Assembly (NCBI GenBank): GCA_903929315.1 | Contig: CAIYUC010000211.1 | Coordinates: forward strand, 8,274 to 72,273 | Origin: an uncultured Bacteroidales bacterium | GTDB lineage: Bacteria; Bacteroidota; Bacteroidia; Bacteroidales; FEN-979 | Length of the DNA: 64,000 nucleotides | Reading direction: 5' to 3' | Shown: positions 1-9,356 of the stretch, piece after piece | How positions within the stretch are numbered: the first letter of the stretch is position 1 | How the letters are laid out: the number at the start of each line of letters is the position of its first letter | Translations under genes and position numbers: made by a program | Notes under the pieces: generated by a model | Told to the model about the DNA's origin: nothing | Databases searched by the model: none | The model's input: the letters and a program-made list of their open reading frames with translations, nothing else

Positions 1-646
1 GGGTTCCCGGAGGCCTTGTCCATGTAAAATTAATTGCCTGGGGGGTAGCAGCCAGTATCTCCTCGCCGCAGACTGGCAGCAGAATGACAGGTGGCTCCAC
101 ATTGGTCACGGTGAATTTATTGCTGCATCCCAGTGGATCTTCCTGGGAAAGAGGCTGGAGGGTATTGTAATCAAAGGCCTTGAGGCAAATTGTATAATCT
201 CCTTCCGGCAGACCGGGTCCATAAAGAAGTTCATTCTTGGTTATACCTTGAAAAATAAGGTGGTTGGCATCAAAAGCATCCCCAATATTCTGGCGGTTCA
301 TCAGGTATGGCCTCCCCGGGTGAAGCACGATCGATTCCGGCATTTTGTAAGATGGGCTTGTTTCGACTTTTATACCGCCTTCCCCAAAAAATTTTCCCCG
401 CAAAAAAATCTCCTTATCACTGCCAGACGTGTTAATAAGCATCACCATGATCTTATTTGGTTGGGACGTGTAATCATTGATGCGCGAAGTATAGGGCGGA
501 GTTACAGCAATGGAAATGGTTACGGGATAAGTCTGGCTCCTGGCAGGAGAAAAAATAAGGATATTGATTATGATGATCATTTGCATAACCAGGAAAACCT
601 TTCTTTTTCCTGATTTCGCCGGATTAAATTCAGAATTTGTAAACAT
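1..646 (-). CDS. TANFOR-like domain-containing secreted protein, N-terminal part (runs off the left edge; absent from the ORF track)
   Basis: Manual translation from ATG at 646: MFTNSEFNPAKSGKRKVFLVMQMIIIINILIFSPARSQTYPVTISIAVTPPYTSRINDY...GLPEGDYTICLKAFDYNTLQPLSQEDPLGCSNKFTVTNVEPPVILLPVCGEEILAATPQAINFTWTRPPG, open to position 1. Signal peptide followed by Gln. LPEGxYxIC...C...EPP...FxW pattern resembles TANFOR/FN3 proteins. Overlaps the upstream gene end by 17 nt. Confidence 0.8.
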   Translation of the reverse strand, partial: MFTNSEFNPAKSGKRKVFLVMQMIIIINILIFSPARSQTYPVTISIAVTPPYTSRINDYTSQPNKIMVMLINTSGSDKEIFLRGKFFGEGGIKVETSPSYKMPESIVLHPGRPYLMNRQNIGDAFDANHLIFQGITKNELLYGPGLPEGDYTICLKAFDYNTLQPLSQEDPLGCSNKFTVTNVEPPVILLPVCGEEILAATPQAINFTWTRPPGT

Positions 647-2309
647 AGCCTATCTCACCTTTAGATTCATTGAACGATGGATTTTGTGAACCGGGGTTGG
701 TATAGTTCCCGGTAAAAAACAGATTTAATTTTATAGAATGATGCTTAGTGATCTTGTAATTTCCATTAATGTTTGAATTCCATACCCAACTCTTATCCTG
801 AATTTGTCCCGAATACATTAATGAATTATTCCAGGTCAGCGATATTTTGTCATTGATAAAGGATTTCGATATTCCAAAGGTTCCTCCATCAGAGATATTA
901 TTGGAAAGACAAGTTTTGACAGAGAAATAGGTTAAGCCGAAGGAAAATGACCATTTGCTTTTGATAAGACCCAGGACATAAGATAATTGAGCAGTCTGGG
1001 AATTAAAAGCGGCAGCATTTGAGGTAAATTCATTTTTATCAGTGAAATTAGCCAAATTATAGACCAGCATGATCATATGGCTCTTTTTTGAATTGAAAAA
1101 AAGAAGGCGGGGCATCAGCGAAAAATTTTGGTTTATCTGGTGAATTTTTGCAGTATCGTTCAATGGGAGCCTTCCATCCCGTTGGCCGATGCTGTAATTA
1201 CCGTAGCTTGCATCAACCCCGAATGTGGACGATGGATTGCAAGAAACATTTACATTTCCTATGGTTCGCAGGGAAGTAGCCCGTTTAGTGCCTGCCAGAT
1301 TATCCCGCTGAAGGCCGGCACTTCCGCTTATCGCCAGTTTTTTCTTAAAAAGGGCAAAAGATGGACTAATGGTAAGGTTTTCCAGGTCGTTATTGAAAAA
1401 ATAGGCTCCCATGGAACGGTAATTCGGGTCAATGCGCTGATATTCCAGTTTGAGTGACCATGTCTTCGCTTTATATTTCAATGAAGAGCGAAATGCAGTG
1501 TAATATTCAGAGGACTGGTTGATCACGAGAAATTTATTCATTCTCCTGATGATTGAAGCCGTCGAGCTGTCAAGCGACGGGTTTGCCCACATATTGTTGG
1601 TATAAAGGCTGATGGCTCCTTCAACTTCCCACACCAGTTTCTTGAAAAATGTGAACCGGCTGTTAATTCCTGCCACTACATTCTGTTCAGGAGCACGGAT
1701 AGCGCCTGTATCGGGTTGATGAAGAGACGTACTGTCGTCACGGATACGCAGAAAAATCAGGTCAAAGAAGTTATTTTCGGTCCCGACTCCGAGTTTGACG
1801 GCAAAACCTTTTCTTTTAAACTCGGGCAATGGATCAGTTTCAAACACGGGACTTCCTGATGTTTCCCGTTGAAAACGGCCATACACGAAACCGAACCGAA
1901 AGATACCGGGATTCAATTCAATTCCACCTCCCAGGAAGGTATGACCGGCAAGTGTAAAATTTGAAAAAGTGACATTCCTGTACCCGGCATGAAGGGTAAT
2001 CCACTTGTATTTCGGACTGATCCCGAATTCATCGAAGGATTGAGCGTAGCTTCTTTGTTTATCAGAAAACACAAAGGCAAAGGGGAACTCGAATCCATAA
2101 ATGCTGACAGTTGCATTTGCCGAAAAAATATAGGAGAACGGCAATTGACGGGCAGGGATCCCATCCACCGCATATCCCATGATATCCAGTCCTATATTTC
2201 CATGTAGAGTAACGGGCTTCTCCTTTGCAATGTTTTCTATATCCTGGGAGAACAAAATTCCTGAGAAGGAAAACAAAACACAAAGAATCCACAACCTGGT
2301 TGCACGCAT
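630..2309 (-). CDS. putative outer-membrane beta-barrel protein
   Basis: 559 aa; signal peptide followed by Gln; alternating amphipathic aromatic-rich strands; C-terminal YVYKF ending in Phe (BAM-type signature). Confidence 0.7.
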   Translation of the reverse strand: MRATRLWILCVLFSFSGILFSQDIENIAKEKPVTLHGNIGLDIMGYAVDGIPARQLPFSYIFSANATVSIYGFEFPFAFVFSDKQRSYAQSFDEFGISPKYKWITLHAGYRNVTFSNFTLAGHTFLGGGIELNPGIFRFGFVYGRFQRETSGSPVFETDPLPEFKRKGFAVKLGVGTENNFFDLIFLRIRDDSTSLHQPDTGAIRAPEQNVVAGINSRFTFFKKLVWEVEGAISLYTNNMWANPSLDSSTASIIRRMNKFLVINQSSEYYTAFRSSLKYKAKTWSLKLEYQRIDPNYRSMGAYFFNNDLENLTISPSFALFKKKLAISGSAGLQRDNLAGTKRATSLRTIGNVNVSCNPSSTFGVDASYGNYSIGQRDGRLPLNDTAKIHQINQNFSLMPRLLFFNSKKSHMIMLVYNLANFTDKNEFTSNAAAFNSQTAQLSYVLGLIKSKWSFSFGLTYFSVKTCLSNNISDGGTFGISKSFINDKISLTWNNSLMYSGQIQDKSWVWNSNINGNYKITKHHSIKLNLFFTGNYTNPGSQNPSFNESKGEIGYVYKF

Positions 2310-2426
2310 GCGAAGACTTTTAGGAAATAATTTTCCGATTTTAACAGAACATTTTACATATCCTGTCTTATTCAGGATTTCGTCTGTAATATTAGAAAAC
2401 TTAACATGGCAAAACCTAACAAATGA

Positions 2427-2476
2427 GTGAACGGTATATTCTGTTGAATGAATGGAGCTTATTGGGTGTTAATCGG
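2427..2476 (-). promoter_or_regulatory. putative LytTR-type binding site (21-bp-phased direct repeats) upstream of the barrel gene
   Basis: GTGAACGG (2427), ATGAATGG (2448), TTAATCGG (2469) on the + strand, exactly 21 bp apart. Confidence 0.45.
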
Positions 2477-2525
2477 AGTCAGCAGTCCTCAATCTGTAGT
2501 CGGAATGTTTAATAAAAGTATAAAA

Positions 2526-2573
2526 GCAACTAAAAATTAGTTGCAAATACAACAAAACTTATTATATTTGCAA
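2526..2573 (+). promoter_or_regulatory. native hicAB promoter/operator, now separated from hicA by the IS
   Basis: -7 box TATATTTG 2563-2570 with GTTG 19 nt upstream; palindromes GCAACTAA-N3-TTAGTTGC (2526-2544) and TTGCAAATA-N15-TATTTGCAA (2541-2573). Confidence 0.6.
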
Positions 2574-2574
2574 A

Positions 2575-3932
2575 CACATCCGTCCAAAATAAATTTTTAT
2601 AAAAAAAAGTAGGGATTGGAGATACCCCTAAAAGGGGTAATTTTACAATAACGACAAAAACCAATCCCTATGGTAAAATTATCACTTTTTTCACAAATGA
2701 CAAGTTTAATCCCCAGAGAATTGTTTAGCAATATTGTAAAAAAATACGATACCGATAAATACAGCAAAGGTGTTGATAGCTGGACGCATTTCGTCAGTAT
2801 GCTATTCTGCCATTTGGGGCATGCAAATTCAGTCAGAGACATTTCAAATGGATTAAGAAGTATCACAGGCAACATTAGTCATCTGGGATGCAGTCATGCT
2901 CCTGCCAAATCCACGGTGTCATATGTAAACGAGCATCGCAATTATCAGGTATTTCAAGAGTTTTATTATGTGCTTGCAGATTATCTGCGTAAACAGACCT
3001 CGTTCCCAAAACCCGCTCTAAAACGGATCAAACGTAAAATTTTCTTACTGGATGCAAGTGTGATCTCATTATCACTTTCGCTTTATGATTGGGCTAAATT
3101 TCGTACCCGTAAAGGGGCAGTTAAACTTCACCTACTGCTCGATTATGAAGGATGCCTGCCCGCTTTTGCTGATCTTACCCATGGGAATGTCCATGAAATA
3201 CAGGTAGCACATAAGATGAGATTACCCTCCGATAGTATCATTGTGTTTGACATGGGCTATTATGATTTTTCTTGGTGGTATAATTTGGACAGCATGAACA
3301 ACTGGTTTGTAACCCGTGCAAAAGACAATATGGATTATGAAATAGTTGAAGACTTTGATTTGACGGATGAAAAGGATAAAAATGTGTTGCAGGACTGTAA
3401 TATCCGACTCAAAGGCAATAAAGCTCGGACAGAATACCCTAAAATGTTACGAATGGTAAGGTATTGGGATGAAGAGAACCAAAATGAGCTGGTATTCATC
3501 ACCAATAACTTTTCTTGGACAGCAACGACTGTTGCCATGATATATAAAGAGCGATGGAACATTGAAGCGTTTTTTAAAATGATCAAACAGAACCTGAAAA
3601 TCAAATCATTTGTGGGAACCTCTGAAAATGCGGTTCAAATACAAATATGGACGGCTTTAATCACCATCTTGCTATTGGCATACCTGAAGACAAAGGCAAA
3701 ATACAAATGGCACATGTCGAACCTTATCACTTTTATCCGACTAAATTTATTTGTAAAAATCGACCTGTGGGCTTGGATTGATGAGCCATTTATCCGTCCA
3801 AGTACCCATAAATCGGAACAACTTATGCTTTTTGAGAGGGAGGGTTAATTTTAAAAAGGAACAAAATAGAATTCTATATTATTGATTCTTAGACGATATT
3901 AACTATATTTAAATTTATTTTGGACAGCTGTG
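2575..3932 (+). mobile_element. IS4-family insertion sequence, complete (1358 bp)
   Basis: Left IR CACATCCGTCCAAAATAAATTT (2575-2596) versus reverse complement of right end CACAGCTGTCCAAAATAAATTT (3911-3932), 20/22 identical; 9-bp direct repeat ATTTGCAAA at 2566-2574 and 3933-3941. Confidence 0.93.
2670..3848 (+). CDS. IS4 family DDE transposase (DUF4372-type N-terminus)
   Basis: 392 aa; LLDAS, VFDMGY and Y-KERWNIEAFFK (Y-2-R-3-E-6-K-like) motifs; flanked by IRs. Confidence 0.93.
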   Translation: MVKLSLFSQMTSLIPRELFSNIVKKYDTDKYSKGVDSWTHFVSMLFCHLGHANSVRDISNGLRSITGNISHLGCSHAPAKSTVSYVNEHRNYQVFQEFYYVLADYLRKQTSFPKPALKRIKRKIFLLDASVISLSLSLYDWAKFRTRKGAVKLHLLLDYEGCLPAFADLTHGNVHEIQVAHKMRLPSDSIIVFDMGYYDFSWWYNLDSMNNWFVTRAKDNMDYEIVEDFDLTDEKDKNVLQDCNIRLKGNKARTEYPKMLRMVRYWDEENQNELVFITNNFSWTATTVAMIYKERWNIEAFFKMIKQNLKIKSFVGTSENAVQIQIWTALITILLLAYLKTKAKYKWHMSNLITFIRLNLFVKIDLWAWIDEPFIRPSTHKSEQLMLFEREG

Positions 3933-3950
3933 ATTTGCAAACAAAAATTC

Positions 3951-4211
3951 ATGAGCAGACAGGAAAAACTAAGAGAAAAACTCCTTAGATTGCCCGGGAA
4001 CTTTACTTATAATGAAATGGTTACATTATTAAGAGGTTTTGGATATATTGAAGAAGAAAGAAGAAGGTCTTCCGGGTCAGCCATTATGCTTTACCATAAG
4101 GAATTAAATGACAAAATAATGTTTCACAAACCTCATCCGGAAAAAGAATTAAAAAAGATGTACATACTTAAAATGATAATTGAAAAACTAAAAAATAATA
4201 AAATGCTTTAA
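3951..4211 (+). CDS. hicA: HicA-family toxin (type II TA)
   Basis: 86 aa, basic; FTYNEMVTLLRGFGY...SGS...FHKPHP pattern; upstream of hicB. The ORF-track GTG at 3930 lies inside the IS end, so ATG 3951 is preferred. Confidence 0.85.
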   Translation: MSRQEKLREKLLRLPGNFTYNEMVTLLRGFGYIEEERRRSSGSAIMLYHKELNDKIMFHKPHPEKELKKMYILKMIIEKLKNNKML

Positions 4212-4272
4212 TTCAGGAAGATTTCTTTGCACTTGAAAATTGAAAAACATAAAACAATCAAAACTTTAATCC

Positions 4273-4611
4273 ATGAATATACTCACCTATAAAGATTATA
4301 TCGGATCTGTCAGTTTTTCCTCTGAAGATGAAGTTTTCTACGGGAAAATAGAGCATATAAATGATTTGATTACATTTGAGTCGGATAAATCTCATGATGT
4401 AAAAAAAGCATTTGAAGAGGCCGTGGATGATTATATCACATTCTGCCAAGAAAAAGGTGTTAAACCTGATAAACCATTTAAAGGGAGTTTTAATGTCAGG
4501 GTGAAACCCTCAGTCCACAAGCTTGCCTATCAGAAAGCAATTCAGCAAGGGATGTCATTGAATAAATTTATTGAAACCACGCTGGAGAAGGAACTGAGAA
4601 CTGCCGACTAA
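4273..4611 (+). CDS. hicB: HicB-family antitoxin with C-terminal ribbon-helix-helix
   Basis: YKDYIGSV...FEEAVDDY...PDKPFKGSFNVRV...SLNKFI. Confidence 0.9.
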   Translation: MNILTYKDYIGSVSFSSEDEVFYGKIEHINDLITFESDKSHDVKKAFEEAVDDYITFCQEKGVKPDKPFKGSFNVRVKPSVHKLAYQKAIQQGMSLNKFIETTLEKELRTAD

Positions 4612-7559
4612 GTACTGACCGGCACCACCAACACCACCCTCGTCCCTGGATTCGGGCTGCCGGGAGAGTTTTCACAGAATTTGATACAGGTCGGAACATT
4701 GAATTTTTTTCCAAGAAGATCCAACCGCTTACGGGTCATCTCCATGCCAAGGTGTAAATGCTTTTCTCTTGTTATTGAGTATTCCGCCGATCGCTTCATC
4801 CCGATGCCATTATCCTCGATAATGACTATGACAGATTTTTCATCCTGCATGCGGAATTTGATGTTGATCTGGCCTTTGTTTTCCAGTGCAGCAATTCCAT
4901 GCCAGATTGCATTCTCTACAAAAGGCTGAATGATCATGGAAGGGATCTGGACTTCATCCGCCTCCACATCCTGATCCACCTCAATATTATAATCAAATTT
5001 ATTTTCCATTCTCAGCTTCTCGAGATCAAGATAATTCTTTAACCTGTCGATCTCTTCCTCGAGATTGATGCTGGCGGCATTGATGGCATTGAGGTTCTGC
5101 CTGATCAGCCGGGCAAACTGTGATAGGTACAACCCGGCTTCACCAGACTTTTGTTGCAGGAGATAATTCTGTATGGAACCCAGGGAGTTGAAAATAAAAT
5201 GCGGGTTCATCATCGATTGCAGAGCTTTCTGCTCCAATGTGATCAACTGGTGGTCTATTTCCCTGCGTTTGATAAGGATGTTTTTTCTCCGGATTATTGC
5301 AAGGAAAACAATCGCCAGGAATATCAGCAAAAGAACTGTAAGAAAAAGAGGATGCTCCCAGAAATGAGCTTTGATAATAATTTTAAATTCAATGGGCTTG
5401 CTCCATTCTGTATTCGGTTTGCTTGTCCTTAATTTAAAAATATATTTCCCTCTCGGAAGATTTTGATAAACAACAATCTTTCCTGTCCCATTTGACCAGT
5501 CATGATCGGCTCCTTCAAGCTTGTAGGAGAAAAGTACCGGTGTGGAGGAGTAGTTAATGCTGCTGAAAATAAACTTGATCCTGTTGTTTCCGGTTAATGT
5601 GATATTTTGTTGTGACAGGTCTGCTTCTATGTCGTTGATCAGGATGGATTGAATATAGGGTATGGGCGTATGGGTTGTGATATTGCTGATCAGTGCTTCC
5701 GGGATGATCGTCAGCCCGTCATCTGAAGCAATGTAAAGCGAATCCTCGTTGACAATTATATCATGGATATTCCGGAAATTGATATCCACCAATTGCAGCT
5801 CTACCGGCTTATTTTCAAAGAGGTGCAATGGGTTGTCGCATTTATAAATATTTCTAAAGGTTGACAGATATAATGTAGGGTCCTCGTAAACAGCTTTTCT
5901 CACCTGAAGGTCAATAGGTGAACCAAAAGCTGCGGTGAGGTTAATAAAATTGTGCTGGTTATAAAGATAAATACTATCATCTTCGATATTATATAATTCG
6001 GTGGAGTCGTTCAAAATAAGATGATCCGTGATTATTTTATTGTCGAAGCGGGATAATTCTTTACAGGGCAGAATTTTTTCATTTCGGTACAGGTAGTTTT
6101 TCTTTGCATTGATGACAATGTCATTATAGATATTATAAAAAGTATTATTAATACGTTCGTCTAAATCTATTTCTTTCATATCCCTGAATAGTGTTTCTGT
6201 GCTCAAAAGAAACAATCTTGAGACAATGAAGGAGTTAATCTTTTCACATGTACTATTTACTGTTATTTTATTAAGGTTAGTTCCTGGGTTGAATGAATAT
6301 TGGTATAATATTCGTTTCACTGCAAATTCCGTTCTGATACCTTCGAAAGCAAAAAATTTTAATCCTCTTTCCCCGACAATTAAATTTTTATTATTCAACT
6401 GGCAGATCAGGTTAAATTGAGAGTTTTTATTCCGGAAATTCAAAGTATAGAAATCATTATTTTTTAAGAGGTATACTGTTTTTCCATTCGTAAGCCAAAT
6501 ACCCTCTCCGGGCTTAGAATCCAAAGCTGTTATACCTGTATTTTGAAACAAATCATTCTCATAATGCTTATGAGAGTTCAGGTAAGGGTTGATCTTATAT
6601 ACCCCATCTTTCATCGAACTTATCCATATATTGTTCTCGTTGTCCTGGATTATGGACTGGCCCTCGATTAAATCAAAATGACGTACAATTTGGTTATTCC
6701 GGAGACAAAAAACACCCCGATCAAATGTAACAATCCATAAAAACCCGCCGGAATCTTCCAGAATGGACTTTATCCCCATATATGCATTCGGCATTTTAAA
6801 TGGCATTGAAACAGCCTCAATCTGAAATTTATCGTTAATTTTGAATACTCCATTTTCGTAAGCGGAAATATAAAAAGATTTATTTTGGCCTGGAAAGACC
6901 CTGTAAATCCCGATTGAATCAAAGATTTTTGCCGGCTTTTGAATTAAACTATTCAGTTTGAACATCCCGCAACTTGTCCATACTATGAATTCACCCTTAG
7001 AATTCTTACCCAGATATCTTAACCCCAAATCTCCATTGTATTTACAATTTGTTTGATCTTTGACAATGTTTTTGTCTATTTCGTACTTTTTAACATTGTT
7101 TTGTGGGTCTATAGCAAATATTTCAAACCACCAGTTATAGAAATAGATCATTTTATTCTTATCCTGGTAAAAATCGATAAAGAAATTTTTATTTTTTATT
7201 GAATCCAGAAATGGAGCATTAATTTCATTAAAGATTTTGTTCTGATAGAAAAAATTAAGTCTGCTGTTTAAATTAAAGAACCAGATACGTCCAAATGAAT
7301 CTTCTTTGATGCGGATCACCTCATTACTATTTAAACCATCGTTCTTACAGAAATTTGTAAATATTGTACCATCATATCGTATAACACCTGCATCCGTTGC
7401 AAACCAGATAAATTTTTTGCTGTCCTGGTAAATATAGTAAACAGTATTTGTTGGCAGGCCATCATAAGTGGTATAATGCTGGATATAGGGGTTCTGTGCT
7501 GACAAGAAAGATTCAGCAAACGATAGAAAAAAGAAGAAAAGAATTAACAACTTTCTCAC
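4608..7559 (-). CDS. LytS-type sensor histidine kinase with periplasmic beta-propeller and Y_Y_Y domains
   Basis: Signal peptide; DGLPTNTV/QDSKKFIWFAT propeller repeats; YKLEG...YQNLPRGKYIF; one TM; QSMMNPHFIFNSL, QPFVENAIWHG, EDNGIG; GTG start. Confidence 0.9.
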   Translation of the reverse strand: MRKLLILFFFFLSFAESFLSAQNPYIQHYTTYDGLPTNTVYYIYQDSKKFIWFATDAGVIRYDGTIFTNFCKNDGLNSNEVIRIKEDSFGRIWFFNLNSRLNFFYQNKIFNEINAPFLDSIKNKNFFIDFYQDKNKMIYFYNWWFEIFAIDPQNNVKKYEIDKNIVKDQTNCKYNGDLGLRYLGKNSKGEFIVWTSCGMFKLNSLIQKPAKIFDSIGIYRVFPGQNKSFYISAYENGVFKINDKFQIEAVSMPFKMPNAYMGIKSILEDSGGFLWIVTFDRGVFCLRNNQIVRHFDLIEGQSIIQDNENNIWISSMKDGVYKINPYLNSHKHYENDLFQNTGITALDSKPGEGIWLTNGKTVYLLKNNDFYTLNFRNKNSQFNLICQLNNKNLIVGERGLKFFAFEGIRTEFAVKRILYQYSFNPGTNLNKITVNSTCEKINSFIVSRLFLLSTETLFRDMKEIDLDERINNTFYNIYNDIVINAKKNYLYRNEKILPCKELSRFDNKIITDHLILNDSTELYNIEDDSIYLYNQHNFINLTAAFGSPIDLQVRKAVYEDPTLYLSTFRNIYKCDNPLHLFENKPVELQLVDINFRNIHDIIVNEDSLYIASDDGLTIIPEALISNITTHTPIPYIQSILINDIEADLSQQNITLTGNNRIKFIFSSINYSSTPVLFSYKLEGADHDWSNGTGKIVVYQNLPRGKYIFKLRTSKPNTEWSKPIEFKIIIKAHFWEHPLFLTVLLLIFLAIVFLAIIRRKNILIKRREIDHQLITLEQKALQSMMNPHFIFNSLGSIQNYLLQQKSGEAGLYLSQFARLIRQNLNAINAASINLEEEIDRLKNYLDLEKLRMENKFDYNIEVDQDVEADEVQIPSMIIQPFVENAIWHGIAALENKGQINIKFRMQDEKSVIVIIEDNGIGMKRSAEYSITREKHLHLGMEMTRKRLDLLGKKFNVPTCIKFCENSPGSPNPGTRVVLVVPVST

Positions 7560-7560
7560 A

Positions 7561-8355
7561 TCAATCCAGTGATTTTGAGAAATGTCTCACGGCTTCCCGG
7601 AAGTCGTTCAGTTTTCGTCTTGAAATACTCAGTTTTGTGCCGTCATTCAGCTCAGCAAAATTTCCTTCATAACTCGAATAAGCCTGCAAATAGTTCATGT
7701 TGATGATCGTTGATTTATGGATCCTGAAAAAAGCAGGTTGTTCAAGAATCTTTTCAAATTCACCCAGCGACCGGGTTGCAACGATCTTGTCCAATCCCGA
7801 CAAATGCAGGATCGTATAATTACTGTCGGCCTGCAAATACATGAGGTCGCCTACATTCACCATCCGGAACCCAAATTGCTCAGTAACCGTGATCTTTGAG
7901 ATCGGTTTATCTCCCGATTGGATCTGCTCATGCAGGTTATCCAGTGACTCATGATAAATTTTCCGGACATCTGCCTTGCTTTGCCTCAGCTCATGATATT
8001 GAACAGCCTTCGATACCGCTTCACGAAGTTCAAGCGCATTGACCGGTTTTAGCAGGTAATCAATGGCGCTTGCTTTCAATGCTCTTAATGCATATTCCTG
8101 GTAAGCGGTGACGAAAATTATCCCGTATTCCTCCTTTGGGATAGAACGAAGAAAAGCAAAACCATCTTCCTTCGGCATTGATATGTCCAGAAAGATAAAA
8201 TCAACCTCGTTTGTCTTTAAAAGTTCACGTCCTTCAACAGCCGAAGCAGCAGATCCGCAGACTTGAATCTCAGGACAATGGTCTGCCAATAAAAGCATCA
8301 ATGCCTCACGGACATTCCTTTCATCGTCAATAATAATTGCACTGTAACTTTTCAT
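7561..8355 (-). CDS. LytTR-family response regulator
   Basis: IIDDE, FLDISMP, DYLLKP receiver motifs; FFRIHKSTIIN...ISRRK LytTR domain. Confidence 0.93.
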   Translation of the reverse strand: MKSYSAIIIDDERNVREALMLLLADHCPEIQVCGSAASAVEGRELLKTNEVDFIFLDISMPKEDGFAFLRSIPKEEYGIIFVTAYQEYALRALKASAIDYLLKPVNALELREAVSKAVQYHELRQSKADVRKIYHESLDNLHEQIQSGDKPISKITVTEQFGFRMVNVGDLMYLQADSNYTILHLSGLDKIVATRSLGEFEKILEQPAFFRIHKSTIINMNYLQAYSSYEGNFAELNDGTKLSISRRKLNDFREAVRHFSKSLD

Positions 8356-8400
8356 GAAAACAAAAATACCATGGTAAAGTTAGAAAAATTAAAGGAATGT

Positions 8401-8450
8401 GTGAAATGCCACTTTCATCTCTTGAATGGTATTATTTATTGAAGGAACGG
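8401..8450 (-). promoter_or_regulatory. putative LytTR autoregulatory site (21-bp-phased repeats)
   Basis: GTGAAATG (8401), TTGAATGG (8422), AGGAACGG (8443) on the + strand; same core and spacing as 2427-2476; -7-like TAACTTTA on the - strand at 8375-8382. Confidence 0.45.
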
Positions 8451-8468
8451 CGATAGATCATAATTCAG

Positions 8469-8580
8469 AATGCAGTAATGTAGTAATGCAGAAATTAAGG
8501 TTTCACAGTTAATTCGTAATACGTAATACGTAATCATCAAGATAATCCCGACTGTCACGATTGTAACGATTGTCACGATC
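8469..8580. repeat. three short-period tandem arrays (8-, 7- and 9-nt units)
   Basis: AATGCAGT/AATGTAGT/AATGCAGA at 8469; AATTCGT/AATACGT/AATACGT/AATCAT at 8511; GACTGTCAC/GATTGTAAC/GATTGTCAC at 8550. Confidence 0.8.
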
Positions 8581-9331
8581 TTAAATAAGACGCCCCATTT
8601 ACATCAATAATGCCACCGGTCATATATTCTGAACCATCTCCGGCGAACATCAGGATCGCATAAGCTACTTCTTCCGACCTGGCGGTCCGTTTCAGAGGGC
8701 TCTGCTCACGGATCGGATTCCCGGCGGGCCCGGTTAAGATCTCACGGGTCATATCGGTTTCCACCCACCCGGGTGCAACGACGCCTACATAAATGTTATA
8801 GGGTCCCAACGCCTGGGCCAGCGATTGGCTCATGGCATTCAACCCGGCTTTACTGGCACCGTAAGCAGGGCTGTCAGGTTCACCACGGAAAGCACCGCGT
8901 GAGGAAACATTAATGATCTTGCCCCCTCCTTGCTTTATCATCTGCCGGACTACATAATAACACATGTTAGCAGGACCCATAAGATTGGTGTTAATTGTAT
9001 TTTCCCAATCTTTCTGCCATTTCTCAAAAGGATCAGATTGTATATTGTGTTGAACAAAAATACCGGCATTGTTAACGAGAATATCTATCCTGCCAAACCG
9101 TCGTACCACAGTTTCAACAAGATCCGATATCTGCTGAGCACTTGTCAAATCAGCCTTCATCTTTAAATGAGGTCCGCCATTTAAAAGAAGTAGGGTAGCA
9201 TCGGCTGCTACATCATCCTCTTTATATGTGATAACCACCTTTGCACCTTCATCTGCAAAAGCAATGGCCGTAGCTCTTCCAATCCCTTTAGAACCTCCGG
9301 TAATCAAAACAATTTTATCCGTAAATCTCAT
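8573..9331 (-). CDS. short-chain dehydrogenase/reductase (SDR)
   Basis: TGGSKGIG, NNAG and YGASK motifs. Confidence 0.9.
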   Translation of the reverse strand: MRFTDKIVLITGGSKGIGRATAIAFADEGAKVVITYKEDDVAADATLLLLNGGPHLKMKADLTSAQQISDLVETVVRRFGRIDILVNNAGIFVQHNIQSDPFEKWQKDWENTINTNLMGPANMCYYVVRQMIKQGGGKIINVSSRGAFRGEPDSPAYGASKAGLNAMSQSLAQALGPYNIYVGVVAPGWVETDMTREILTGPAGNPIREQSPLKRTARSEEVAYAILMFAGDGSEYMTGGIIDVNGASYLRS

Positions 9332-9356
9332 AATTCCTTGTTGTCCGCCTGTCTTT

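Noticed and set aside
248-613. 121-aa + strand ORF from the track
   Set aside because: Antisense shadow of the - strand gene starting at 646, which has a signal peptide and recognisable motifs
3930-3950. GTG start extending HicA by 7 codons
   Set aside because: The GTG is the last three bases of the IS right IR; the native ATG is at 3951
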